IMG/VR virus record: IMGVR_UViG_3300025630_000012
Strand: one strand, 5' to 3'
From: an uncultured virus (IMG/VR IMGVR_UViG_3300025630_000012)
Lineage: Duplodnaviria; Heunggongvirae; Uroviricota; Caudoviricetes
DNA: 64,000 nt
Shown here: in pieces, positions 18,801 through 28,605 of the stretch
Position numbering within the stretch: position 1 is the first letter of the stretch
Layout of the letters: each line of letters opens with the position of its first letter
The notes under the pieces: generated by a model
Told to the model about the DNA's origin: nothing
Seen by the model: the letters and a program-made list of their open reading frames with translations, nothing else
Databases searched by the model: none
Position numbers and translations under genes: made by a program

Positions 18801-21800
18801 GGGTTTCAGCCTTCGTGAAGCACAAAAGGAAGGTTTGAGGTTCTTGGCGGCAAAAGGCAATAGCGGTCTTCTCGCTCACGAGGTGGGCTTTGGTAAGACC
18901 ACATCTTCGATAGCCAAGGTAAGTGACCTTTTCCTTCGTGGTGACGCTAAAAGGGTGCTTATCAGCGTCCCTAACCCTGTTTATGGTTCGGGCAATTGGG
19001 AAGCCGAAATTCGTGGGGCGCGTAACGAAGACGGACGTAAGAAGAGCAACGGGTTGCTTCCGTCAAACATCAACCTTGTGAAGTTGGGTAGCTTAAAGTA
19101 TTCAGACCTCTTGGGAAATAAGATTACGCCCGACAACCCTGAATATGCAGAGAAGAGCGAGGGTACGGGTTACGATGGGCCGATGTTGTACTCGGAAAGT
19201 GACATGAAACTCATCGACACCATCAATAAGTCGTCAGAAAAACTCATAGATATTGTAGGCGGTGCAGTTGGTCGGTATGGAGAAGATGACAATTCAGCTA
19301 TCACGCCACGACTCATCAAGTACGGCCTTGGTAGAGAATATGATTGGCGATACATAGAGCGAAACCCCTTCTTCAAGAAGTACGAAGATGCCGACAAAGC
19401 CAATTTGGTGCGCCTCAACGGAGTTCCTCGCCAAGAATTGACGGGCACGACAACTATCAAGTCGGGCGATTTTGACTTTTGGGATATAGGAACTTCGACC
19501 TACATGGAGTTAGGTCAGGTAGCCGACATCACCGATGGGTCAGTAGCGAATGAAAATTCTCTTATCAAGTCCGTCTACTCCGTGATGAAAGAGATAGTGC
19601 CTGACTTGGAGGTGGATGATGTAGGCGGTGATTTGGAAGTTCTCTTTGGCAAGTTGCAAAGCATCCACGACAAGTACAAAAGAGGCTACGACGAGTTGTC
19701 GCAGGACGGCACAATGAAAATTCAGAAACGCTCTGCGCCAATGTTAGGAGGCGAGATGTTTCCGCGTGGAGGCAAGAAATTTAAGGATAGGGGTGGCAAT
19801 GACATTCGTGAACTTGATTGGAATGGTAAGGAGGCCATCGGAATTAAGAAAGAAGCGACGGCATTGGTTATTGCAGATGAACTTTTTGAGGTTCACAAAA
19901 ACAACAAAGACCCCAAGAAGAAGGTGTACTATTGGCCTTTCTTGATGACGCGCTCGTACTACGAAAAAATCGTCGTTCCGTGGGCGATGGAAAAGATTGA
20001 TGGGGGCATAAGCAGAGATGGGTTACGAGATGCCCTTCTTCAAGAATTTACCTTCTTCGATTACAACAATAAGAAAAGTGGCAGACAGCCTGACGAGATG
20101 AAAGCCATAGCGTTGGGTCAGATAAAGACGGCTTTGGAGTTGCAGATGACAGAAGAGATAGCTTTCTTCTTCAAGATTCTAAAAGAACAACTGCCTTTCT
20201 ACTTGGGTAAATTTAAGGGGTGGGCCTCACGCGACAACACCATATTGTTGTGTAGCCACTTGGCGATACCCAAGATTAGCGTAAGCGAAAAGTTTGCTGA
20301 AAGAAGCATAGGCTTTATGATGGGTATCTATGACAAGGCACAACCCCGACAACGCCTTCATTTCAAAGATGGAGTCAATGTCGCAGAAGGCGATGGCAAT
20401 GCAATGGCGAGACCTCTTGATTCGGGCATTATGAGCAAGACGCAAAAAGAAAAATTGTTCCTTTCTCAATATCGTGGTCTTGACGTGCGTAGGCTTAATA
20501 CCGACGCTCTTGTAGTCGATGAGGTTCACAACTTCAATCGCGCTTTCAAGGTCGTCAAAAAAGGTTCTAAATCCTCATACTCATACGGCATACGCGCACA
20601 CATGAAAGGCAAATTGGGCAGAAAAGATGCCCAATGGGTGTATGACACGTTTGCCAACTACGACATACGCGGTGAGGTGCAGAACTTCATTGCTCTATGT
20701 ATGTATTACCAAGACCGCGCCAACTACATCAGCGAAGGATTGAAGAGAAAGATTCAAAACACCATCTTCCTTTCAGCAACTCCCTTCACCGATGACAACT
20801 TCCAAATGTTGTCTCTCTTTGGTGCGTTGAGCACGGAAAAGCTGATGCAAGCCAATGTCTTTAATACGTTCGACTTCTTCCAATTGTATGCGAATGAGTT
20901 GTGGCAGAAAGACATCGACTATCAGAATAAATACTCGCTCTTCCCAAAGATTGCGAGTTACAAAAACGTATATGCTCTTTCGCAGATGATTCGGTCGTTT
21001 ACGAACTTCAAAATCAGCGATGCGGAGATTGAAGCCGATAGACCACAAAAGGTCGTGGTGGGTACTGACGCACCACAACTCAAAGGCGTTCAAGACGATG
21101 CGTTGTCGAAGGTTTTGAGCCAAGTTCCGTACAACGATGTTCAGCAGAAGATGAACGATGACTTGGAAAAGTACATCACGTTGCAAAGTGAGTCAGAACT
21201 GACATACAAGAAAGAAGACATCGAAAAGGCGGAAAAAATCTTTGAAAAACTAAACAAGAAAAAAGGCAAGGCCACCCCTGCCGACCCTCTTGTCAAGGAG
21301 TTGAAGACGCTACTTGATGTTAAAACCAAAAAGGTAAAAAAGAAGACAATCATCGTTGATGTGGCCTATGAATTGGAGGACTACGACAGGATTGAAGAAC
21401 TTTTGGATGAGATTTTGGAAATCGACGAAGAGAACCAATTTGCCAAGGATGTCAGACGCTTTATGGACTCGTCCTTCTCCGAGGGCGCAGAGGGCGAAGA
21501 TGTCGATGCCGACGACGACGACGACGACGACGACGATACGGAAGAATCCGTCAATGCAGGTTCGGTAAAGAACGCATCACTTTCGCAAGCGCAACAAATC
21601 GCGCAAAGGGCATTGGAGGCTTCGCGGACTCAACAACTTGTTTTGATTTCGCCATACTACTTGACGATTAACAACGACAAGAAACTTATGAATCCATACT
21701 TGCCTACGCTCGATGGTACGATGAGTGAAAACGCCAAGAATGTGGTCGAAAATAGCCCGAAGCTACTTTACGCTTGTAAGGCTATCGCAAAGGTTCTGAA

Positions 21801-23601
21801 TCACGCTATCAATGAAAAAAAGCAGGTGTTGGCAGATAGCAGAAACCCCATCTTGGGTCAGGTCGTCTACGCCAACAACTATAAGTTTAGATACCACGGA
21901 CAGGACTTCTTCTTGTTCGACCTGATGACGCAATACATCATCGACAACAACAAAGATTTGTTGAAGCAAACGGGAAAAACGTCAGACGAAGAATTGCGGT
22001 CTCTCTTTGCATCAATTGATGGACGGACAAAGAAAATCAAAGACCCCGAAACGGGAGTTACGATTGACGAGAAGTCATACATCACGGAGCAGTTCAACGC
22101 AGGAAACATCTTGGTGTTGTTTGGAACGGAAACGATTCGTGAGGGTATTAACCTTCAAAAGAATTGCCCGCTCATGTACATCTTGCAGGTGGGCTTCGTA
22201 CCCGTAACATATATGCAGTTACACGGACGTATTTGGAGGCAGAAAAACCCATACAAATACGCCTTCCTTGTCAATGTGTTGACGCAGAATAGCATCGACG
22301 CATTCGTGTACTCGAAACTTGACCAAAAGATTCAGAGTGTACGTGAGATGTTGGAGGGTGATGTCTACGATGGAAATACGACGCAGTTCGACGTGAACGT
22401 CAGCGAAATCAAAACCAAGCTGATTAACGACCCCGTAAAACTTGCCGATATGCAATGGGAAGATTTACGTGATGAGTTGAGCAGACAAAAGGATAGGTTC
22501 TCGCAAGAGTTGACCGCGTTGCAGGGATTGGAGTCAAGCTACCCACGTGCCGTGGAAGCATACAAGGAAAATTCACAAAAAATCAACGGAATTACAAAAC
22601 TGATTCACGATTGTGAACTTTACTTCACGGGCAAGTTGTTTGCCAACATGACGAATAGAAAGCGTCAGGACGCGGAGATAGACAAATTGGTGGCAACGCA
22701 ATACCCCGCGCAGTTTGGTGGCGATGAGCAACTCATGCAAGATTTTGAAAAAGAAATCAATTCGGGAATGGGCTTGAAAAAGAAGTTTTTGAATAAGGAC
22801 GGCTCTGCCAAATACAAGACGCGCAAAGAAATCGCTGATGACGTAAGACCAAACGTGAGCATTACCGAGATGACAATTGATGAGGCAATGGAAGAGGTCA
22901 AGCGAGCAAACGCTTCCGATGAGGTGACGCAATCGCAGTTCCGATTGTCCATCATTGAGCCTACCTACTTTGAAGAAACGACGTCTTTGAGTTCATTTGT
23001 GACGGACTGCCAAAACATCGACGACGACGTGATTTCAAGTCGCGCCAAGCAGAACAAGGAGATGGTTGGAAAAGAGCGAACCGAATGGGAAAATGGAGTG
23101 CTTGAACCCGCGCAGAAAATAGTTGAGGCTTCGGCTATTGGTGAAGATGCGGTTCGTGAAATCATCGACACTTTCAGCATGAACCAAACGTCAACGAACG
23201 TGAGAAAGGTGCGTTTGATATTTGCTTTGGCATCCGTGATGCAAGCGGGCATCGTTGACAGGCCACAGGATTGGGGTACGCTTCCTTTCTACGGCCTCTA
23301 CAACAAGTTCAAGTCGGGCGAGGAGGCAGAAAGCATTTCAGCGTTTAACGACATTGTAGCCTCTCAAAAGGTGGGCGAGAAGTCCGCTACGCTTGAAGAT
23401 ATTCCGAAACTCATCGAGGAAAAGACAAAGGCAGAAGCCAATTTCGAAAGTCGTCTGAACAACGAGTCAGCCGAGAAAGACAAATTGGTGAAGTATTTTG
23501 AAGAAAAAATCAATCAAAAGAAGGGCGAAAAGATTCCGTCAGTAGAGGATAGGGTCAACGACTTGGAAGCCCTCTTCCCTTACTTAATCAGAACGAGATA
23601 A
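15892..23601 (+). CDS. giant DarB-like SF2 (SNF2-type) helicase/ATPase, 2569 aa
   Basis: LAHEVGFGKT, VVDEVHNF, FLSATP, IREGINLQ, QLHGRIWRQKN. Confidence 0.85.
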   Translation: MDIRQIQNELKALELLNDSEAVINDIMTATEGVEPMNERDRKAWIQDHAMQGRLRLLGDAEYELIFCEEISNETLKLPPNAYGIRDDDSGLGAFLLKKYSINKIVVSCTLYMAYNGKETNAVLYHGAYPILRQTPKKLDEVTERQGGNESKFWREASASVSVQKIGPNDVMVANSWQDEFIRYESTSEQIRKDAPPSNLIQEGKDLSERITNLHSLKQELPLAVFTLSEQQRKDLSKFAGEGRSVKVDDADFAQAVLKSIPTSDGVSIDKWDLFEYNYPNNKGGDVWAEIRQKNTLLNPVKLIVDGKSFFFPAQAIKLFLNTAVGLESSQEFRIWKSDNGIILDASAVSFRKMTIPIDGELREVSIPEISPIALEIKDYNVYPSTYVTIDLANFYAKPMTAEEFELTQVEVLTLPNAVLARQMRVPHGDKRLPMSAVSLDKWSKSTQSYSDAVELMNEHLGYYTKLNEVEVRVNNNAIYEQTRTAVANRMTKNGKVNEARFREIMSKYAYTIEETFFNLNPDFSDPEKLLGYFLGMGVKPNALYQNDVSPYRLLCARLLGIDYAVNYLALCKRSCVKGHLFIDEFDKDDKPVFTSADTWLDKNIFLREYTLKDSEFLDNLNKFFGDDAAEVLEHHENLLKEFSPKFMKLYHGTRLDYEKLVRNKGVGKAYLPVVKSKIDIEEEEGQEVATTEAQPFDMSQEVTRITTTNGIFTDEFVSELYKELLQSGHGKPSSEFLERSREKFMEEFGVNRYDKPARLQDASYNYMSKTGNDLYGRASDKLRYNALDKSESIRFFYEEPDAPNEGPWRILANGITITNKELGDNDDERKTLIIRHSRSDDAIKRGGWSKVNSENMRDVLWGYVQDIRDLGYEDGDRRALAKIIADRAIGLYREIKSQAMVDGAELHSLGIALALPENEVGAYEKIFNLKYNNFSLPPVSRVPIFLENMRHFGDLSKFVSDSYQEDGRLAGFSLREAQKEGLRFLAAKGNSGLLAHEVGFGKTTSSIAKVSDLFLRGDAKRVLISVPNPVYGSGNWEAEIRGARNEDGRKKSNGLLPSNINLVKLGSLKYSDLLGNKITPDNPEYAEKSEGTGYDGPMLYSESDMKLIDTINKSSEKLIDIVGGAVGRYGEDDNSAITPRLIKYGLGREYDWRYIERNPFFKKYEDADKANLVRLNGVPRQELTGTTTIKSGDFDFWDIGTSTYMELGQVADITDGSVANENSLIKSVYSVMKEIVPDLEVDDVGGDLEVLFGKLQSIHDKYKRGYDELSQDGTMKIQKRSAPMLGGEMFPRGGKKFKDRGGNDIRELDWNGKEAIGIKKEATALVIADELFEVHKNNKDPKKKVYYWPFLMTRSYYEKIVVPWAMEKIDGGISRDGLRDALLQEFTFFDYNNKKSGRQPDEMKAIALGQIKTALELQMTEEIAFFFKILKEQLPFYLGKFKGWASRDNTILLCSHLAIPKISVSEKFAERSIGFMMGIYDKAQPRQRLHFKDGVNVAEGDGNAMARPLDSGIMSKTQKEKLFLSQYRGLDVRRLNTDALVVDEVHNFNRAFKVVKKGSKSSYSYGIRAHMKGKLGRKDAQWVYDTFANYDIRGEVQNFIALCMYYQDRANYISEGLKRKIQNTIFLSATPFTDDNFQMLSLFGALSTEKLMQANVFNTFDFFQLYANELWQKDIDYQNKYSLFPKIASYKNVYALSQMIRSFTNFKISDAEIEADRPQKVVVGTDAPQLKGVQDDALSKVLSQVPYNDVQQKMNDDLEKYITLQSESELTYKKEDIEKAEKIFEKLNKKKGKATPADPLVKELKTLLDVKTKKVKKKTIIVDVAYELEDYDRIEELLDEILEIDEENQFAKDVRRFMDSSFSEGAEGEDVDADDDDDDDDDTEESVNAGSVKNASLSQAQQIAQRALEASRTQQLVLISPYYLTINNDKKLMNPYLPTLDGTMSENAKNVVENSPKLLYACKAIAKVLNHAINEKKQVLADSRNPILGQVVYANNYKFRYHGQDFFLFDLMTQYIIDNNKDLLKQTGKTSDEELRSLFASIDGRTKKIKDPETGVTIDEKSYITEQFNAGNILVLFGTETIREGINLQKNCPLMYILQVGFVPVTYMQLHGRIWRQKNPYKYAFLVNVLTQNSIDAFVYSKLDQKIQSVREMLEGDVYDGNTTQFDVNVSEIKTKLINDPVKLADMQWEDLRDELSRQKDRFSQELTALQGLESSYPRAVEAYKENSQKINGITKLIHDCELYFTGKLFANMTNRKRQDAEIDKLVATQYPAQFGGDEQLMQDFEKEINSGMGLKKKFLNKDGSAKYKTRKEIADDVRPNVSITEMTIDEAMEEVKRANASDEVTQSQFRLSIIEPTYFEETTSLSSFVTDCQNIDDDVISSRAKQNKEMVGKERTEWENGVLEPAQKIVEASAIGEDAVREIIDTFSMNQTSTNVRKVRLIFALASVMQAGIVDRPQDWGTLPFYGLYNKFKSGEEAESISAFNDIVASQKVGEKSATLEDIPKLIEEKTKAEANFESRLNNESAEKDKLVKYFEEKINQKKGEKIPSVEDRVNDLEALFPYLIRTR

Positions 23602-23611
23602 ACAACGAGCA

Positions 23612-26215
23612 ATGTTGAATACGGAGAAACTATTGAACCAATATGGTCTCACGCTTGAAGAGGCGGAGCAATTGCTTCAAACCGACATCATAACCAAACT
23701 CATGTCGGTACGAGACATGGAGGGGACGGCTATCACACAACAACTTCCCTTGATTGATTCAAGCGTAGTCGATTACTTGAATAGCAACGAAGTAAAAGCT
23801 GTTTTGGAAGCGAATGCCAAAGAACCAATACAAGATGAGGACTTGGGGGGATTCGAAGACATCGAAATTGATACTACGTTTGATATAGACGATGTGGATG
23901 TGGGCGACCTTGACCTTCGAGTAACCGACTTTGATATACAAGATTTAGGTGGACTCGAAGACGTGGAGGACGAAACTGAAATTGAAGTTTCGATGCCCGA
24001 AAAAAAGGACGAAGCCCCTGCCGTTATTGGTGGCACGAAAGAGAAAAAGAAAGAGCCTGAAACCATCGAGGCTTACAAAATCAGCGGTGTTGATGTTGCA
24101 GAGTTCCTTTTGATGCTCGGAGCGAACGAAGTACCGCAAGTTGATAGCGATGGTTCACTTGTCGTAAAAGCCAACGGCATACTCATGAAGGCAACGTTTG
24201 TCGATGACTTCGGTATGTTAAGTACGATGCCACTCAATAGTGAGAAAGTGGATGTTCTATTTGTAACCAACAACAAAGAGGTTGACTTTGAGGGGGCAAG
24301 GCTTGGCGGTAAAGAGGGTGAGTTTGTCGTAGTCGATGCGTCTGAATTGAGTCCTTCGTTGGAGGAGGTAAATAGCGTCTTTGACACACAACAATACTCG
24401 GTGGACAATACCGAAGCGACCATCTCTTTTGATGCCGTTTCTACGATGCTTTCAAGCATTGAAAAATTTGATGCAGAATTTTCATCAAAGATGGTGTTGC
24501 CTCTCGGTGTCGCAATAGATTCCGATATGACGTTTGCGAGTCAATTTTTCATTGACCCTGCAACGTTGTACGAACTTGCGAACTGCGACACCTTCTTTCA
24601 GGCATCCGTAGCTACGAGAAACTACATTACAAACTACTGCGAAGCCAACGACTTGGAACACCTTCGCATCTTCGAGTTGGGAGGCGAGCACCTCAACGTC
24701 CCTTTGGCGCGTTTCATTGGCACTTCGATTTCAGACCAAGTAATTGAAAACACCGCTTTCTCGGAGCGCGTAAACAAAATGGTAACGCCTTCGGTGCAGT
24801 CGAATCAAAAGCTGAAAGAGGTCGGTTTCGTGCCCGCTACACCCAAAGGGATAGCCTACAATCGCGTAGATAGCTTGTCAGAATTGGCGGGCTTTATGGT
24901 TTACGTGGGGGAGGATGCTTCGGAGATAGTGTACATACCAAGCGTAGTGGTCAACTACTTTGAAAAATACTACGGCAAATTGCAGTTGAATATCGGCAGT
25001 ATCAAGGCGGGAGATTACCGCGTGGTGATGTTCATGTCTGCGGACTCCGATGTGATGCAGGGATTCTATTTGGTGGATGCCGACAAGGTGAAGCCCGCGA
25101 AGCCCGCTCGCTTGTTGCCCACCAACCCTCTTGCCACCCAAGCAAAAGTGAGAGGAGAGCACTCCGATGCGTTCACGAACAAAATCGACCTTGCTCAATA
25201 CCTCGATTTAGAAATTTTGTACTTGGGAGACGTAAGGGAGCAACCCGAAATCGAAGTTAGCCCGTTAGATATGGACATTGCCACCACTCCATCGGAGCAG
25301 GAGGAGGGCGGTGATGCCATTGCGGATTTACGCAATCAAGTTGCGCTGAACCAAGAGGCAATTTCTATTATGACGATTGGCGAAGATGACGAACTTATAT
25401 CCGAACTTCAAGATGAAATCGACTTTTTGGAAAGCATGATTTCTGATTTAGGTGGAGGCACGTCAGACGACGAAATTTTGGAAGTCCAAATAGAAGAGTC
25501 GTTTGATGAAGGTGATTTGGAGTTGGGTGAAATGAAAGTTGGAAACGACCAAGAAATTCTGCCCACACCTTCGGCTGATGACCCCGTTGTAGAGGACATT
25601 ACCGACCTTGAAGTAGACGCAATAGAGAATGACGACTACGACTTTGAAGTTGAACTTGCAGACGAGCCTTCAATGGAAGCAGACGACGATGATGAGGATA
25701 TTGAGATTGAGATGATGGACGGGGATGATTTTGAATTTGAAGATGAAGACCTCGTAACTCCCGAACCCGAAGGTGACATCGACATAGACCTCTCACCCGA
25801 AATGGAAAGTGAGAGCCTAATAAACTATGAAGATTTGTTGATTGAAAAGTTGTCTGAAACCCGCGACGACATGGATACATACACCATTTATGAGGCAGAA
25901 GATGGATGGGCGTGGGAAGATTTTCAGTACGACGAAGAGGGAAGGGGCTTTGCTACGCAATCAGAGGCGATGCAGGACTTTCTCGAATACTTGAATGACA
26001 ACTTCGCCAAAGGAGGCAAGACCCAAAGCATCTCTGAACAAGTTAAAGACATGACTGATGAAGAAGTTGCGCGAAAGCTGACGGACTTGATGTATGAATC
26101 CCTCGAATCCTTTGAGTACGATATGACCGAAGGAGAAGCCTATGAATACGCCTTGTCGAACATTCAAGATGCGCGGAACTATTTGATTGATATGATGGAG
26201 GGTATGGAGGCTTAA
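23612..26215 (+). CDS. large acidic protein
   Basis: 867-aa D/E-rich ORF; FAKGG near the C-terminus. Confidence 0.8.
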   Translation: MLNTEKLLNQYGLTLEEAEQLLQTDIITKLMSVRDMEGTAITQQLPLIDSSVVDYLNSNEVKAVLEANAKEPIQDEDLGGFEDIEIDTTFDIDDVDVGDLDLRVTDFDIQDLGGLEDVEDETEIEVSMPEKKDEAPAVIGGTKEKKKEPETIEAYKISGVDVAEFLLMLGANEVPQVDSDGSLVVKANGILMKATFVDDFGMLSTMPLNSEKVDVLFVTNNKEVDFEGARLGGKEGEFVVVDASELSPSLEEVNSVFDTQQYSVDNTEATISFDAVSTMLSSIEKFDAEFSSKMVLPLGVAIDSDMTFASQFFIDPATLYELANCDTFFQASVATRNYITNYCEANDLEHLRIFELGGEHLNVPLARFIGTSISDQVIENTAFSERVNKMVTPSVQSNQKLKEVGFVPATPKGIAYNRVDSLSELAGFMVYVGEDASEIVYIPSVVVNYFEKYYGKLQLNIGSIKAGDYRVVMFMSADSDVMQGFYLVDADKVKPAKPARLLPTNPLATQAKVRGEHSDAFTNKIDLAQYLDLEILYLGDVREQPEIEVSPLDMDIATTPSEQEEGGDAIADLRNQVALNQEAISIMTIGEDDELISELQDEIDFLESMISDLGGGTSDDEILEVQIEESFDEGDLELGEMKVGNDQEILPTPSADDPVVEDITDLEVDAIENDDYDFEVELADEPSMEADDDDEDIEIEMMDGDDFEFEDEDLVTPEPEGDIDIDLSPEMESESLINYEDLLIEKLSETRDDMDTYTIYEAEDGWAWEDFQYDEEGRGFATQSEAMQDFLEYLNDNFAKGGKTQSISEQVKDMTDEEVARKLTDLMYESLESFEYDMTEGEAYEYALSNIQDARNYLIDMMEGMEA

Positions 26216-26231
26216 ACGAACTGACAAGGAT

Positions 26232-26741
26232 ATGTATAAAGTAAAAACACGCTACACAACGTACTACAACGGCAATGACCCCGAAGAGGCGTACCAAATC
26301 TATGCAACGCTTAAACAAGGGGGGGTAGCGGGCGTTAAGATGACCCCTGACCTAACTACCCGTGGTTTTCGTGGTGACTTCAAGGTCGATGGGAACACAA
26401 TGATATTCAGTAATGACTATGCGGTAGAGGTGGTTCACTCGTTTCTTGTGCAGAAAAGTGCTCCCGTTGAAAAAAACGGCAAGAAAATCGTAATTAAAAA
26501 CGAAAAGTTTGCACCAAAAATTGTATATTTAACTCAAAATTTCCTCGCAAATGCTTCAAAGGTTTCGGATATTGCCCGAAATAAACTTGGTATCACAAAT
26601 GAGTTAAAAAAATGGCTCATTAGTTTGGAGGGAGGCAACAAAATGGAGATATTTGCCTTCTCACAAGAAAACGCAAGAGCAGAAGCAAAGGCGAAAACGG
26701 ATAACAAAATACTGAACATCAAAGAGTTAAGCAATGGCTGA
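26232..26741 (+). CDS. hypothetical protein
   Basis: Operon-packed ORF. Confidence 0.75.
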   Translation: MYKVKTRYTTYYNGNDPEEAYQIYATLKQGGVAGVKMTPDLTTRGFRGDFKVDGNTMIFSNDYAVEVVHSFLVQKSAPVEKNGKKIVIKNEKFAPKIVYLTQNFLANASKVSDIARNKLGITNELKKWLISLEGGNKMEIFAFSQENARAEAKAKTDNKILNIKELSNG

Positions 26742-27954
26742 TATTACCAAGTTGCGGGGAGACCTTGCAAAAGCAGAAAACATTTACGGCAAGATGCCCG
26801 ATGGCGCAGGAAAAAGTGTGGTCGAAAAGAAGATTGCCTTATTGAAGTCGCAAATAGCTGATTTAGAGGCAGAAGCACCGAAGGCAGAGCCAAAAAAGAA
26901 GAGCGCACCTGCGCCTAAAAAAAAGAGCGGTAAGGAAACGCGCCACGTCTTTGTGAAGCAAGTGGATGGAGGGAAAGAGGTGAAGGTCGTAATGGCGAAG
27001 AGCCGTGAAGAGGCAGAAGAAGCCATGAGTGGTCAGGGATTCGAGTACGACAAGGAAATCACACGGGGACGCTCTCCAAAAGAAGGTTTTATCGCTGATG
27101 TTGAGAAGGGCAATAGAGGTCGTAAAAAGGCAGAGAAAGCACCCGCTAAACGCGCGTCCAAGTCAGAGCGAGAATCATTAGCACAAAGTGCGGGAATGAC
27201 CTCGGAACGCGCTGAAAAAGAGTCAGAGCGCGTCACAGGCGCGAAAAAGCGTGGGCGCAAGCCAATGGACAAGACGGGATACCTCTACGAGATGCCTTTG
27301 AAAACGCAAGCGGGGAAGGTGAAGCGTAAAGTAATTAAGGCGACGAGCAAAGCGTCAGCAGATGTCAAGGCGGGTAAAAACTATACGTTTGTCCGTGAGT
27401 TGTCTGCGGGCGAAAGCCCAAAGGTGGGTGTTCAGCCCGTCGAGGGCTACGTCAAGCCCGAACCAAAGAAGCGTGGACGTAAGCCAAAGGCAACATCGGC
27501 AGTTGCTGAAAAAGTAACGAAAAAGGCCGAGGCTATTGGTGAAGGAATTGCGATTGCGGATAAAGCAAAGACGGGCAACCTTGAAGGAGTAATAGAGGCG
27601 TTGGACACCTTGAACGCAGAAATCGGTAAGATGCAAAGAGAAGTTGCCCGCATTCAAGGCGAGGTTACAAAGGTGATGAGTGGCAAAAAGATGGCTCGCG
27701 GAGGTCAAACACCTTACGAGTTAAGAGGAATAGCAAGAGAGGAACATGAAAAAGCATCACAGGAAATGTATGACCATCTTGATAAGGTGGGCATGAGGCT
27801 TGGTGATTTGGGTGGGCCGTTTCGTAATATGAATAATAAGTATAGTTGGAGTGATTTCGAGGCAGGTGTGGACTCAAAAGACCAATTTCTCTTTGAATCA
27901 GATGCTATCGAGGATTTCACGAGATACTTGAAAAAAACATATCCCGCTAACTGA
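26734..27954 (+). CDS. Lys-rich putative DNA-binding/condensing protein
   Basis: KKRGRKP twice, RGRKK, RGRSP; MARGG. Confidence 0.65.
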   Translation: MADITKLRGDLAKAENIYGKMPDGAGKSVVEKKIALLKSQIADLEAEAPKAEPKKKSAPAPKKKSGKETRHVFVKQVDGGKEVKVVMAKSREEAEEAMSGQGFEYDKEITRGRSPKEGFIADVEKGNRGRKKAEKAPAKRASKSERESLAQSAGMTSERAEKESERVTGAKKRGRKPMDKTGYLYEMPLKTQAGKVKRKVIKATSKASADVKAGKNYTFVRELSAGESPKVGVQPVEGYVKPEPKKRGRKPKATSAVAEKVTKKAEAIGEGIAIADKAKTGNLEGVIEALDTLNAEIGKMQREVARIQGEVTKVMSGKKMARGGQTPYELRGIAREEHEKASQEMYDHLDKVGMRLGDLGGPFRNMNNKYSWSDFEAGVDSKDQFLFESDAIEDFTRYLKKTYPAN

Positions 27955-27962
27955 ATGATTTA

Positions 27963-28178
27963 ATGGCACGAAGTAAAAAACAAAGAGGAGCGATAGCCTC
28001 GGCAGTAACCTTTGGGTTCTTTATGACCGAGGCTATCATCCACTACAATATGGGTCAAAAGTCCGCCAAAGAAGAACATCAATGGGGGCTACCGCCTTTC
28101 GAGGAGTTGGTAAAAATTGCCCTTATTGTAGGTGCGTTTAGTGTAGCGAGTGGCGCAGTAATTGGCGCGTTAGATTGA
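27963..28178 (+). CDS. small two-helix membrane protein
   Basis: TFGFFMTEAIIHYNMG...KIALIVGAFSVASG. Confidence 0.7.
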   Translation: MARSKKQRGAIASAVTFGFFMTEAIIHYNMGQKSAKEEHQWGLPPFEELVKIALIVGAFSVASGAVIGALD

Positions 28179-28242
28179 TGTTGATAAATGGTTTTGCTTT
28201 CTTTTTGTAAGGAAGTATATTTACGACCATAAAATCACATCA

Positions 28243-28605
28243 ATGGCTACGTTTCCACACGATTACACGATGAAAAAATACGGGCTTGTCGAAAGCGACT
28301 TGTCCGACGATGCCTCTGACGCATTAGAGGAGTTTGAGTCCTACTTGGCGCAACTTTCTAATCTTAAAAAGAAAGGTGGTGAGGGGTGGATTATGACAAA
28401 AGAGCAACAAAAGAAAATCAATCGACTTTCTCGTGCGGTATGTACGGAGATAGAGTTAATGATTGAAGATGCTCCCGAAGAAGAATCGGAGGCCAAGAAC
28501 AAGCCTGAACCCAAGCGAGTCCCCCGTCCTGAACCTGTTTCGCAAGAAGAAAGCGAAGAAGACGAGGAGCAAGACGATAGCATCTTCAACTTTTTCGGAT
28601 TGTAA
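28243..28605 (+). CDS. hypothetical protein
   Basis: ORF after an AT-rich intergenic region. Confidence 0.7.
   Translation: MATFPHDYTMKKYGLVESDLSDDASDALEEFESYLAQLSNLKKKGGEGWIMTKEQQKKINRLSRAVCTEIELMIEDAPEEESEAKNKPEPKRVPRPEPVSQEESEEDEEQDDSIFNFFGL

Noticed and set aside
16323..23252. Many short minus-strand ORFs within long plus-strand genes
   Set aside because: Antisense shadows of coding regions with no independent signals.
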